Of a stretch of DNA of 64,000 bases, positions 53,532 to 62,721 are shown piece after piece. A program made the position numbers and the translations under genes. The stretch lies in NCBI GenBank assembly GCA_963754015.1, contig CAVWEG010000008.1, forward strand, positions 90,473 to 154,472. Direction: 5' to 3'. A model generated the notes under the pieces. That model did no database searches and was not told the origin of the DNA. It saw nothing but the letters and a program-made list of their open reading frames with translations. Origin of the DNA: Candidatus Dormiibacterota bacterium. GTDB taxonomy: Bacteria; Chloroflexota; Dormibacteria; Aeolococcales; Aeolococcaceae. Position 1 is the stretch's first letter; each line of letters begins with the position of its first letter.

Positions 53532-54191
53532 GTGGCAGCACTGCCGCCCCAGCCACCTGGTGGCCAGCCCCCGCAACCCCCGAGCATGCCACCACCCAGC
53601 GGCCCACCGACCGTCGGTCCACCCCAGAACCCCTATCCGGCTGCGACGTATGCGCCGCAACCGTTTGCCCCGCAGCCGTATTCCGCGCAGCCGATCGCAT
53701 CCGCGCCGGTCAAGGTGCACAAGCGCACCTTCTTCCTGACGATCGCGCAGTTCATCATCATCGTGCTCGGTCTGCTGCGCCTGCTCGCCGGCATCGCATT
53801 CATCGGCTTCGGCGTCTACATCCTCACCGCCGGCTCATCGCACCTCGCGTCACTGCCCGGTTATGACCAGTACGTGAAGCAGTTCGGCGACGCGGTGGTC
53901 AATCTGGCGGCCTCGCTGTTCTTCATCATCGGCGTGCCATTCTTCGTTGTGGGCCTCGTCGACTTGATCCTCGGCGTCATCGTGGGACGGCCGTCCAACG
54001 TTGCACGCTGGATCATCATCGTCCTCGACGTCCTGAGCATCCTCTACGTCATCGACATCCTTGGCCACAACGATCTCGGTGGTCTCAGCACGCTCATCAT
54101 CCTCGTCTACCTCGCCCTGAAGATCATCGTTTTCTACGCGATGGCCCTCGATCCGCCGACCCGACGGAACTTCGCGGGCAAGGCCCGATAG
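53532..54191 (+). CDS. hypothetical 4-TM membrane protein with a Pro-rich N-terminus
   Basis: The GTG at 53532 has GAGGAGGAGAG upstream. N-terminal PPQPPGGQPPQPPSMPPPSGPP..., followed by four hydrophobic helices. No family recognised. Confidence 0.5.
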   Translation: MAALPPQPPGGQPPQPPSMPPPSGPPTVGPPQNPYPAATYAPQPFAPQPYSAQPIASAPVKVHKRTFFLTIAQFIIIVLGLLRLLAGIAFIGFGVYILTAGSSHLASLPGYDQYVKQFGDAVVNLAASLFFIIGVPFFVVGLVDLILGVIVGRPSNVARWIIIVLDVLSILYVIDILGHNDLGGLSTLIILVYLALKIIVFYAMALDPPTRRNFAGKAR

Positions 54192-54214
54192 CATTGCCGG
54201 GCGGGCGCGATTGC

Positions 54215-55573
54215 CTATAGTCGCGCTCGCCTCTTGAGGTCAAGATAGCGGTTCACCAATCGCGGTGACAGCGTGCGGGCGTCCGCATCGATTGTCTCGA
54301 CCCCGGAGCGACGGAGCATGCGCAACGTGTCCTCCCGGTCTGCGATCAAGCCACCCGCAACCGCGCGCGCGTAGGTCTCATCGCCACTGCTCGGCAGTGC
54401 GTTGGCCGCGTCGTCGAGCGCTGGATCGCGCACCGTGACGACGAGCGGGAGGTGGCGTTTGCGCAGCCGCGCGCACTGGCGGATGAGTGCCTTGCCCTGA
54501 TCGAGGTCGAGCACGTCGGTGAAGATGACCACGAGCGACCTGCGCGTCTGCCAGCGGCTGAAGTAGTTGAGCGCGTCGTCATAGTCCGCCTCGGTCTCAC
54601 CCGGCCGGATAGGACGCGTGGCATCGAGAAAGCGCCGCAGCTGGGACGCTCCTGCGCGCGGCGGCAGGGTGTTCGTGACTGTGTCAGAGAAGGCGAGCAT
54701 TCCCGCCCGGTCGCCGCTGCGCAACGCAACGTGCACGAGCAGCAGCGCGGCGTTGATTGCGTGGTCGAGCTTGGTGAGCTCCCCGGCGCCGATCCCCATG
54801 AGCCGGCCGTGGTCGAGGCAGATGATCAGCGGTTGCGCGCGCTCGGGGATGAGCTCGGTGGCCATGAGCCGTCCGGTGCGCGCGGTGGCGCGCCAGTTGA
54901 TCGAGCGCTGCGGGTCGTCGGGAAAGGCTTCGCGCACGCGCTCGAACTCGCTCCCCTCGGTGCGGAGTCGCATGGTGCGTAAGCCGATCTCCGCCAGCTG
55001 ACCCCGCCGCGCCAATGCCTCGTACACGTCGATGGCAGTGAGATTCGGATCAACTCGCACGGAACGCGGTTCGCCGACCGTCGTCTGCCGCCAGCCGAGG
55101 CGCCAGGGACCGTCGACCCGCACCACCGCAGCGCCGAGGGTGGAGTCGCCACGCGCGACCGGCGTGACCGTGTACTCGACGCGTGCGGGCAAATGCACAT
55201 TCCAGCGAACGCGTGAGGCGTGCAGCGCTGCAGGCGCTCGCTCGTAGACGATCGCCGAAGCACCCTCCGTGCGAGCGGCGACCTCCAGCGCGACGCGGTT
55301 GGCGACGCCAACCGAGAGCAGGTCGGCGCAGACCCTGTCGACCCGCAGTGTGCCCGCTCCAGGCGCGCGACGGGAGTCAACGACAATCAGCGCGACGCTG
55401 AGGACGATGAGCACGACGCCGGCGACGAAGAGAGCCTGAAGAGCGGCTCCGAACGCAATCACCACGATCGACGCCAGCAGCAGCCCGGCACCGCGCCACG
55501 TCACGTTCTGACGGTCACCTCGGGACCGGAACCCGTCCCACGGCGCGCTGTACTGCGGCGACTTCGGAGACAC
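54215..55573 (-). CDS. DUF58 (vWA-like) domain membrane protein, MoxR partner type
   Basis: Two N-terminal TM helices. DUF58 core GSEFERVREAFPDDPQRSINWRATARTGRLMATE and a vWA-like ICLDHG...LAFSD segment. The start at 55573 overlaps moxR by 59 nt. GTG 55504, downstream of the moxR stop, is an alternative. Confidence 0.8.
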   Translation of the reverse strand: MSPKSPQYSAPWDGFRSRGDRQNVTWRGAGLLLASIVVIAFGAALQALFVAGVVLIVLSVALIVVDSRRAPGAGTLRVDRVCADLLSVGVANRVALEVAARTEGASAIVYERAPAALHASRVRWNVHLPARVEYTVTPVARGDSTLGAAVVRVDGPWRLGWRQTTVGEPRSVRVDPNLTAIDVYEALARRGQLAEIGLRTMRLRTEGSEFERVREAFPDDPQRSINWRATARTGRLMATELIPERAQPLIICLDHGRLMGIGAGELTKLDHAINAALLLVHVALRSGDRAGMLAFSDTVTNTLPPRAGASQLRRFLDATRPIRPGETEADYDDALNYFSRWQTRRSLVVIFTDVLDLDQGKALIRQCARLRKRHLPLVVTVRDPALDDAANALPSSGDETYARAVAGGLIADREDTLRMLRRSGVETIDADARTLSPRLVNRYLDLKRRARL

Positions 55574-56513
55574 CCTGAATCTCCGCCTCGGGGCGCCGGA
55601 TCATGCGATGGCGCAAGGCGGGAATGCACACGTCCTTGACGTCGTCGGGAACGACGTAGTCCCTGCCCTGGATCGCTGCCATCGCCTTCCCGGCAAGCAG
55701 CAGTGCGATGGAACCGCGCGGGCTGGCGCCGAGCGACAGGTCCGGGCTCGTCCGCGTTGCGGTGACGATCGCCGAGATGTAACCGAGCACCTCGTCGGAA
55801 ACGCGGACCGCGGCGACCTCAGCGCGCGCCTTCGCGAGCTTCTCGGAGTCGATGATCGCGGTGACTCCGGCTGCGTCGAGGTCGTGCGCGTTGAAGCCGT
55901 TGTCGACGCGGCGCAGCATCACCATCTCCGTCGCCGGCTCCGGAACGTTCACCTCGAGCTTGAAGAAGAATCGATCGAGCTGCGCCTCCGGCAGCGGGTA
56001 CGTGCCCTCGTACTCGATGGGGTTCTGCGTGGCGACGACGAGAAAACGATCGCCGAGTGGGCGGCTCGTCCCGTCGGACGTCACCTGCCGTTCCTCCATC
56101 GCCTCGAGGAGGGCCGACTGCGTTTTCGCCGGAGCGCGGTTGATCTCATCGGCGAGCAGCGTGTCCGTGAAGATCGGCCCTTCGCGGAATTCGAACGTGC
56201 CGGTATCCGGCCGGTACACGCTCGTGCCGACGATGTCCGACGGGAGGAGATCGGGTGTGAACTGCACGCGGGTGAACCGGGCGTCGAGCGCCGCCGCCAG
56301 CGTGCGTGCCATCAACGTTTTCGCCGTCCCGGGCACTCCCTCGAGGAGGACGTGCCCGCCGCTCAGCACCGCGATATAGAGCCCGTCGATGACCTGCAAC
56401 TGGCCGACCACCGCTTTGCCCATCGTCTCGTGCAGGGCGGCGCGGAGTGCTGCCGCGTTGCTCTCGGTTGCCACTGCGGGCATTGTGCCCTGCGCGCTGA
56501 CGGAATCGATCAT
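55515..56513 (-). CDS. moxR: MoxR-family AAA+ ATPase
   Basis: Walker A GVPGTAKT, Walker B LLADEINRA, ATQNPIEYEGTYPLPEAQLDRF, and the C-terminal lid. The ATG at 56513 overlaps the upstream stop (ATGA). Confidence 0.95.
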   Translation of the reverse strand: MIDSVSAQGTMPAVATESNAAALRAALHETMGKAVVGQLQVIDGLYIAVLSGGHVLLEGVPGTAKTLMARTLAAALDARFTRVQFTPDLLPSDIVGTSVYRPDTGTFEFREGPIFTDTLLADEINRAPAKTQSALLEAMEERQVTSDGTSRPLGDRFLVVATQNPIEYEGTYPLPEAQLDRFFFKLEVNVPEPATEMVMLRRVDNGFNAHDLDAAGVTAIIDSEKLAKARAEVAAVRVSDEVLGYISAIVTATRTSPDLSLGASPRGSIALLLAGKAMAAIQGRDYVVPDDVKDVCIPALRHRMIRRPEAEIQGVSEVAAVQRAVGRVPVPR

Positions 56514-57661
56514 TGCACCGGTGCGCTCATCCAGTGTCGCTCGCAGGCGTCGACGTCGCGCGCCAGCCGGAGGAGCTCGCTCTCCTCCGGGCGGCCGGAC
56601 GCCAGCGCTCGAGCGTGGATGAGCAGCGCCGCGAGCCCGGGGGCACCCGAGTCGCCGGTCGCGGCGATGGCTGCACAGAACGACTGGTCGTCGAGGTGCC
56701 AATCGACACCGGTGGCACTGCCGATGCGGCGTTTCAACTCATCCGCGTAGCGCGCGGCGATCGGTCCGCGCTGCCGGCTTCGCGCGAAGAGCTGACCCAT
56801 CGCCGAGACATATGCGGTCGCGCTCGGGACGGCGGCCGAGCCGCCGTCGAATGCCGGTTTGCCGAGGCGCCGGCCGTTGAGCGCAAGAGCCAGCAACACC
56901 ACGAGCGCGACCATCGCGGTCGCAAGCCCAACCGGGCCGTCGAAGATCGCGCCGGCACCGCTTGTGGCGTTGGTCTCTCCGTGGTGATACTCGTCGAAGC
57001 TGATCCGTCCGCCGCGAGCACGTTGCAGCAGGCTCAGCGCGAGAAACGCGGAGTCGTCGTGACGAAGTCCGTCGTTGGACAGCGGCTGCGTGTCACCGAG
57101 CACGTATGCGCGACCGCTGCCGACACGGACCATACCCGCGACCACGTCGCCGTTTTCGACGAGCATCGGCACGAGCGGCTCCTGGTCGGTGAACGTGAGC
57201 CCCGCACCGACCGGAACGCTCGCGACGCGGTCGGTGCTGTCGAACGGCTGCGCAACCGTAGCGTTCCCCGCGCCCGCCGAAAGCGCCGGGTTGACGCCGA
57301 GATCCCCGAGCAGTGGCGCGGCATCGGCCAGGCTGCCGGGCGTGACAGCGAGCACGACGTCGCCTCCGGCTCGAAGAAACGACATGAGCGTCTTCACGTC
57401 GGACGAGCTCAGCGCATCCGTCGGGTCGTAACAGAACACGACGTCGCTGCTCTGCAGATTGAAGGTGCCGGTGATGCGGTTCACATCGAGACCGAGCTGC
57501 GAGAACCAGGTGTACAGCGCAAGCGTTCCCAGCGTTCCGGCGGAGCGCGACGATGGATTGGCCTGATCGCTGGGAGGCACCGCCGCAGCGATGGCAATGA
57601 TCGCGATGATGCAGATGCCCGCGATGAGCACGAGCATGGCCGAAAGCGGCGGCCTGCTCAT
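56510..57661 (-). CDS. DUF4350-like membrane-anchored protein
   Basis: An N-terminal TM helix, an extracytoplasmic domain, a second TM helix near residue 285, then a cytoplasmic tail. The architecture and position (between DUF4129 and MoxR) are typical of DUF4350. The ATG at 57661 overlaps the upstream stop (ATGA). Confidence 0.6.
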   Translation of the reverse strand: MSRPPLSAMLVLIAGICIIAIIAIAAAVPPSDQANPSSRSAGTLGTLALYTWFSQLGLDVNRITGTFNLQSSDVVFCYDPTDALSSSDVKTLMSFLRAGGDVVLAVTPGSLADAAPLLGDLGVNPALSAGAGNATVAQPFDSTDRVASVPVGAGLTFTDQEPLVPMLVENGDVVAGMVRVGSGRAYVLGDTQPLSNDGLRHDDSAFLALSLLQRARGGRISFDEYHHGETNATSGAGAIFDGPVGLATAMVALVVLLALALNGRRLGKPAFDGGSAAVPSATAYVSAMGQLFARSRQRGPIAARYADELKRRIGSATGVDWHLDDQSFCAAIAATGDSGAPGLAALLIHARALASGRPEESELLRLARDVDACERHWMSAPVQ

Positions 57662-58599
57662 CGTGCCGAAGCGCTCGAGCTGCGCCGCGCGACCTTGCGC
57701 ACCGCTTCGGAGCGAGCGCGCGCGACGTCCCAGTCGGCCGCGGTCACCGGGACATCCCCATACCAGGCCTGGTCGAACGCGGCAGCCGCAGGTGCGACGA
57801 CCGCAAGCAGGTCCGCGTCGGCCGCGATGGTCGCGAGCATCTCGCGCGTCGTCCACGCGCGATCGATGCGCGCACGCCGGCCGGTGACGTCGAGCAGTGC
57901 CGAGCGGAACGCGCGACGGATCGCCTCGCGATAGTCACCACGCTGCGCCGCGGCAAGCGCGAGGCCCCACTCGTCGTCCGGGTCGTCGCCGACGGTCGCG
58001 GGCTCCTCGCCTGGTTTCGCCCGTCTGCTGCCTGCGACGCCGCGCAGACGATAGATGACGAACGCCGCGATCACGAGGAGGACGAGCACGCCGAGGCCGA
58101 TGGAACCGCCATTGCCGAGGAGGCCGTAGATGTGGGAGATCACCCAGTTGATCGCAGCGCCGATGCGCGAAATCCACGACGGCGCCGGGTTCTGGTCGAG
58201 ATCAGCAAAAACATGCGAGGCGTAGACGCTGTGCAGCAGGCTCTCCGCTTCCTGCGAATCGACATCGCACGCCGATCCGGCGGGGAGCGCAAGCGTCGTG
58301 GTGAGCACGTCGAGTCGCTCCCGGCTGCCCGCGACGTCGGGCGGCGTCACGGTCAGCCCGCCGATGATCGGTGCAAGGACAGGGGCGGTGGACGGAGCGA
58401 GGTCCTCGGCCTGCGTCAGCGTCGTCAATGCTGCTACCGGTTGCGCGGGCACCGCGGCAAGCGCCGAGTCGGCTTGGTCGAGCAGACCGATGTAGGTGGT
58501 CGTCAGGCAGTCCGTCGCCGCCGTGGCGTGCGTTGATCCCGAGGCCACGGTGGTCATCAAGGCGGCGACGCCGACGGCAGCGACGAGCAGGCGCCTCAC
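57658..58599 (-). CDS. DUF4129-like protein (signal peptide, TM helix, cytoplasmic DUF4129 domain)
   Basis: The C-terminal AAQRGDYREAIRRAFRSALLDV...WTTREMLATI...AFDQAWYGDVPVTAADW matches the DUF4129 pattern. The GTG at 58599 overlaps the upstream stop (GTGA). Confidence 0.6.
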   Translation of the reverse strand: MRRLLVAAVGVAALMTTVASGSTHATAATDCLTTTYIGLLDQADSALAAVPAQPVAALTTLTQAEDLAPSTAPVLAPIIGGLTVTPPDVAGSRERLDVLTTTLALPAGSACDVDSQEAESLLHSVYASHVFADLDQNPAPSWISRIGAAINWVISHIYGLLGNGGSIGLGVLVLLVIAAFVIYRLRGVAGSRRAKPGEEPATVGDDPDDEWGLALAAAQRGDYREAIRRAFRSALLDVTGRRARIDRAWTTREMLATIAADADLLAVVAPAAAAFDQAWYGDVPVTAADWDVARARSEAVRKVARRSSSASAR

Positions 58600-59705
58600 A
58601 GGGAGCTTGCGAGCATCTCGATGTCGAATCCCTCCTTGCGGATACGCGCGTCGTAGTAGAGGAGGGTCACGCCGATGTACGTGATCGGGCCGACGAAGAT
58701 CGCAGCGATGGCGCTCGAGAGCTGGTCGTAGATGAAGCTGTTATTCGGGTCGATCGCGGCACCGGGCACGTCGATGATTGCGGCGACGATCGACGACACG
58801 ATCCCCGAGATGAGCGCAAGCAGCAGGATGCGCCCGAATGTGGGCCAGAAGCGTCCCTTGACGAGGTGCCAGCTGCGTTGCAGGCCGCGCCAGCCGGAGA
58901 CACGCTCGAGCACGATCGCGGGAGCCGCGATCGCAGTTCGGACAGCCACCAGGATCAGCAGAGGAATGAGCGCGACGCCCGCGAGCACGGCGAGCGCCGC
59001 GCCGAAGGCACCGATGCCGAGTGCCGCGAAGATGAGCACCAGCAGGAAGATCGCGAGGATGCCGGCGATGTAGGCACCGCCCAGGATCAGGCTCATCACG
59101 ATCAGCGACCCGAGGCGGCTCAGCGCAGCCCGATACGCGGCGCGCAGCGACGTGGGGCGGTCGAGATAGCGATCGCTCACGGAGCGGGTTGTCGCAGCCT
59201 CGCCGAGCGGCAGCACCACAACAGCGGTCACCAGCAGCAGCGCTGCGCTGACGGCGAATACGCCGACGAACGTGTTCAGCAAAGCCTGCTCCTGGGCCGG
59301 TGTGATGGTCTGCGGGTTGAAGGACGCGAACGGCGAGCGCACGAACGCGCCGAGCCCGGTGACCTCGTAGAGCAGCAGGGTGAGCAACGCATACGGGATC
59401 TGCACTACGGCGCTGATCGACGCGATGAGGACGAAATTGCGCCGGTACATCGAGAAGGTCGCATCGAGCCACTCCCCCACGCCCATCGAGCGGAAGCGGC
59501 CGGATCCGACCTGCGCCGGGACCGAACCAGGGTTCCATCCGGGCGGCGGACCACCCCATCCGGGAGGTTGCCCGCCCCAGCCGGGAGGCGGCGCACCCCA
59601 GTTCGGCGGCGGCGCTCCCCAGCCGGTTGGTGGGGTCCCCCAGCCCGGCGGCGTCGTCCGCCAATCGGTGTGCGGCGGGGGCTGCGGGGGCGGTTGATCG
59701 GCCAT
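58596..59705 (-). CDS. polytopic membrane protein (GDPD-membrane-domain/DUF975-like) with a PPGWG-repeat N-terminus
   Basis: The ATG at 59705 gives MADQPPPQPPPHTDWRTTPPGWGTPPTGWGAPPPNWGAPPPGWGGQPPGWGGPPPGW. This is followed by ~7 TM helices and the ending LLYYDARIRKEGFDIE, which is typical of this family. ATG 59714 is an alternative. Confidence 0.6.
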   Translation of the reverse strand: MADQPPPQPPPHTDWRTTPPGWGTPPTGWGAPPPNWGAPPPGWGGQPPGWGGPPPGWNPGSVPAQVGSGRFRSMGVGEWLDATFSMYRRNFVLIASISAVVQIPYALLTLLLYEVTGLGAFVRSPFASFNPQTITPAQEQALLNTFVGVFAVSAALLLVTAVVVLPLGEAATTRSVSDRYLDRPTSLRAAYRAALSRLGSLIVMSLILGGAYIAGILAIFLLVLIFAALGIGAFGAALAVLAGVALIPLLILVAVRTAIAAPAIVLERVSGWRGLQRSWHLVKGRFWPTFGRILLLALISGIVSSIVAAIIDVPGAAIDPNNSFIYDQLSSAIAAIFVGPITYIGVTLLYYDARIRKEGFDIEMLASSL

Positions 59706-59822
59706 GACAATCATTGTGGGTGCTGCAATCGCGGGGTGAGCGCAGGTATCCTGGGTAGTTCGAGCGATGAGTGATCTCACTGCTGCGCTGGTTCGCGGCC
59801 ATCTCAACCTCCGGTACGTTCA

Positions 59823-61202
59823 ATGCGGGCGCTAGTCGTCGACCCGTCCCTGATGGACTCCGGCAGTGGCCGGAGGCGCCGCCGGGCACAGGCAAGCTCC
59901 TCGCTCCCGGTCGAGGTCCGCGACGTGCGGACGCCCGTGCCCCCCGGCCCCGGCTGGGTGCTGATCCGCCCGGCGCTCGCGGGCATCTGCGGGACCGACC
60001 TGGCGCTCGTCCATCGCGACCCCGAACCGAACGTGCTCACCGCCTACGGTTCCGCGGGAACGTTCATCCCGGGCCACGAGGTCGTCGGCGTCATCGAACG
60101 TGCCGCGTCGACGCGCTGGGCGCATGAGGGCGACCGCGTGCTCGTGGAACCGACCCTCCGATGCGCCCACAAGGGACTCGCGGAATGCCGCCGCTGCCGC
60201 GCCGGCGAGACCCATCTCTGCGAGAACGCAGACCGCGGTGGGGCACTCTGCTCCGGCCGTTCGGTCGGATCGAGTGAACGCGCCGGCGGCGGCTGGAGCG
60301 AGGGATTCCTCGTCCATGAGGACATGCTCGTCCCGGCAGACGGCATCTCGGATCAGCGCGGTGTGCTCGCCGAGCCGGCGGCCACGGCGCTCCATGCGGT
60401 GATGCGCTGGACCCGACGCGGCGACACTGCGGTCGTCATCGGGTCAGGGACGCTGAGCCGCCTGATCGTCGCCACCCTGCGCCGGATGCACCCCGACCTC
60501 GACATCATCGTGCTCCACGACGCCCGGAGCACCACGCGGCCCCGCCTCGGTCGCCGCCATCGCGAGGCTGCTCCCCTCAACGGCGATCCCAATGCTGCGT
60601 TCATGGCGATCCGGTCGATCGGCGCCAATCGCGTCTGGCACGGATCGTCCGAGCAACTGCTCCAGAAGACCGCGGAGCATATGGAAGCGCGCGTGATGCG
60701 CCCAGCGGGCGGCGGCCTCCCCGTCCTCGACGGCGGTGTGGACGTCGTGTTCGACTGCCGCGCCTCAGCGTTGAGCATCGATCTGGCAGTGCGTCTCCTG
60801 CGCGCCGGAGGGACGCTGGTCCTCTGCGGACGCTCCGGCCGCCACGAGATCGAGTGGTCGCTCATCTGGGCACGCGAGCTGACTGTCCGTGGCGCCGCGT
60901 CGTACGGCCGCGAGCCCGACGGGCGGCGCACGTTCGGCACGATCCGCGAGTGGCTGAGTGACGCGAGCTTCCCGGTTGACGGCGTGGTCACACACCGTTT
61001 CCCGCTCGACGAGTACGCAGCGGCGCTCGCCATCGCCAGCGCAGGCGTGGCATCCGGCGCAGTGAAGGTGGTGTTCGAAGGCCCCGCCGCGACAAGCCTC
61101 CGACCGGCGGCTGCCTCGATCGTGATCCATCAGCCGGACGAGCCCGTCCTGCTCCAGTCGACCGCGGCGCGTGTCCGCGGTGGGCGCGTCAAGGTCTCCT
61201 AG
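59823..61202 (+). CDS. zinc-dependent medium-chain dehydrogenase (threonine/sorbitol dehydrogenase-like) with insertions
   Basis: GICGTDL, GHEVVGVIE, and the structural-zinc Cys cluster CAHKGLAECRRCRAGETHLC. A Rossmann segment VVIGSGTLS. An Arg-rich 20-aa insert near the N-terminus and an extended C-terminus are atypical. Confidence 0.7.
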   Translation: MRALVVDPSLMDSGSGRRRRRAQASSSLPVEVRDVRTPVPPGPGWVLIRPALAGICGTDLALVHRDPEPNVLTAYGSAGTFIPGHEVVGVIERAASTRWAHEGDRVLVEPTLRCAHKGLAECRRCRAGETHLCENADRGGALCSGRSVGSSERAGGGWSEGFLVHEDMLVPADGISDQRGVLAEPAATALHAVMRWTRRGDTAVVIGSGTLSRLIVATLRRMHPDLDIIVLHDARSTTRPRLGRRHREAAPLNGDPNAAFMAIRSIGANRVWHGSSEQLLQKTAEHMEARVMRPAGGGLPVLDGGVDVVFDCRASALSIDLAVRLLRAGGTLVLCGRSGRHEIEWSLIWARELTVRGAASYGREPDGRRTFGTIREWLSDASFPVDGVVTHRFPLDEYAAALAIASAGVASGAVKVVFEGPAATSLRPAAASIVIHQPDEPVLLQSTAARVRGGRVKVS

Positions 61203-61313
61203 GACCAGCTCGCGTGGCCCGGTTCCCTCGAGCCGGCGAGTCCGTGCGTGATCCGAACGCCCGTTTCTCTGCGTACCAAATGAGGCGCCATCCCCGAGCG
61301 TGTCGGAGCCCGC

Positions 61314-61883
61314 GTGCCCCTAACTGACGACGACATCGTCCGCTCGATCTCTACCCATTCGCCTGAGGGGATCGAAGCCTTGTACGACCGATACGGTGGC
61401 CTTGCCTTCAGCGTCGCTCTGCGCATCCTGAGCGACCGAGGCGCGGCCGAGGATGTCGTCCAGGAGGCATTTCTGTCCGTCTGGCGCCGGGGTTCGACGT
61501 TTCAGTCCGGCCGTGGGTCGCTGCGGTCGTGGATCTGCACGATCGTCCGCAACCGGGCAATCGATCGGATGCGCGGCGACCGCCATCGCACCCACCTCGA
61601 CACGCCGATGGAGGGACAGACGATCGAGCCCGCGGTGACCGACCCCTGGGCCCAGGTCGCGCTCGAGCTGAGCGGCGAGGAGGTCCGCAAGGCGCTCGCG
61701 GAGCTCCCTGCCGAGCAGCGCCAGACGATCGAGCTCGCCTACTACGGGGGCTACTCGCAGTCCGAGATCGCCACGGCGATGGAGGTGCCGCTCGGCACCG
61801 TCAAGGGGAGGGTGCGCATCGCCCTCGACAAGCTGCGGCTCGCCCTCGCCGATCGACTGGAGGCGCCATGGCAGCCGCAATGA
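61314..61883 (+). CDS. ECF-type RNA polymerase sigma factor
   Basis: Region 2 (DVVQEAFLSVWR, WICTIVRNRAIDRMR). Region 4 (LPAEQRQTIELAYYGGYSQSEIATAMEVPLGTVKGRVRIAL). GTG start. Confidence 0.9.
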   Translation: MPLTDDDIVRSISTHSPEGIEALYDRYGGLAFSVALRILSDRGAAEDVVQEAFLSVWRRGSTFQSGRGSLRSWICTIVRNRAIDRMRGDRHRTHLDTPMEGQTIEPAVTDPWAQVALELSGEEVRKALAELPAEQRQTIELAYYGGYSQSEIATAMEVPLGTVKGRVRIALDKLRLALADRLEAPWQPQ

Positions 61884-62563
61884 ACTGCGAGGAGGCCCAC
61901 GACCTCCTCGCGCTGGATGCGGTCGGGGGCCTCGAACCGGCGGACCGCGCCGACATGGAAGGCCACCTCGCCACGTGCGCGGCGTGCCGTCAGCTGTCTG
62001 CTCAGTACATCGACGTCGCGTCGCTGCTGCCATCTGCTCTCGAGCAGGTGCAGCCCCCGGCCCGCCTGCGCCGCAATCTCATGGCGCAGGTCTACGCGGA
62101 GGCGTCTGAGCCGTCAGCCCCCTGGTGGCGACGCCTGTTTGAGTCAATCCCGACCGGCCGAGCCTTCACCCTCGTCGGCGCTGTCGCCGTTGTGGCGGCC
62201 ATCGTGTTCGGGATATGGGGGGCCACGGGCAGGAGCACCCAGCAGCCGGTCGCCTACATGGTGTCCGGGACGAGTGCCACTGGAACCCTCGATGTCAGTG
62301 GCGGCACCCAGGGAGTGCTGACGGTCAAGGGCCTCAATCCCCTTCCCGCGACGGAGGTCTACGAGGTCTGGCTCATCCCGAAGCAGGGCTCACCCCAGGG
62401 CGTTGCTTTTCTGACCCCAGGGCCGCACGGCGGTCCGTGGTCGGCGGTCATGCACGGCAACATGGCCGCATACAAGAGCATCGCAGCAACGATCGAGCCC
62501 GCCGGCGGCAGCCCCACGCCATCGGACACCGAGGTGTTGAGCGGTCAGCTCACCGAGTCCTGA
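61868..62563 (+). CDS. anti-sigma factor (zf-HC2 N-terminus, single TM, RskA-like extracytoplasmic domain)
   Basis: HLATCAACRQ is the zinc-binding anti-sigma motif. A TM helix FTLVGAVAVVAAIVFGIW. The C-terminal YEVWLIP...AATIEPAGGSPTPS matches the anti-sigma-K pattern. ATG 61868 (GGAGG upstream) or ATG 61880 (ATGA overlap). Confidence 0.8.
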   Translation: MAAAMNCEEAHDLLALDAVGGLEPADRADMEGHLATCAACRQLSAQYIDVASLLPSALEQVQPPARLRRNLMAQVYAEASEPSAPWWRRLFESIPTGRAFTLVGAVAVVAAIVFGIWGATGRSTQQPVAYMVSGTSATGTLDVSGGTQGVLTVKGLNPLPATEVYEVWLIPKQGSPQGVAFLTPGPHGGPWSAVMHGNMAAYKSIAATIEPAGGSPTPSDTEVLSGQLTES

Positions 62564-62718
62564 GGCGGCGGCAGGCCCGATTTTCGCCGCTTCTCAGCGA
62601 GCGCGGGAAGGACCCGCTTGATCCCCGCGTTGTCGACCACCATGCGCCGCTCTCGCTTGCGGTCGCGTTGCCGGACGCGCTCTCGCTCGGCATCGGGCAG
62701 ATCAGGCTCTCCTTCCAT
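62545..62718 (-). CDS. possible 57-aa highly charged small protein (below the ORF-track cutoff)
   Basis: The ATG lies 3 nt after the anti-sigma-like gene's stop. Translation: MEGEPDLPDAERERVRQRDRKRERRMVVDNAGIKRVLPALAEKRRKSGLPPPQDSVS. It overlaps the convergent anti-sigma gene by 19 nt. No family recognised. Coding status is uncertain. Confidence 0.25.
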   Translation of the reverse strand: MEGEPDLPDAERERVRQRDRKRERRMVVDNAGIKRVLPALAEKRRKSGLPPPQDSVS

Positions 62719-62721
62719 CGC

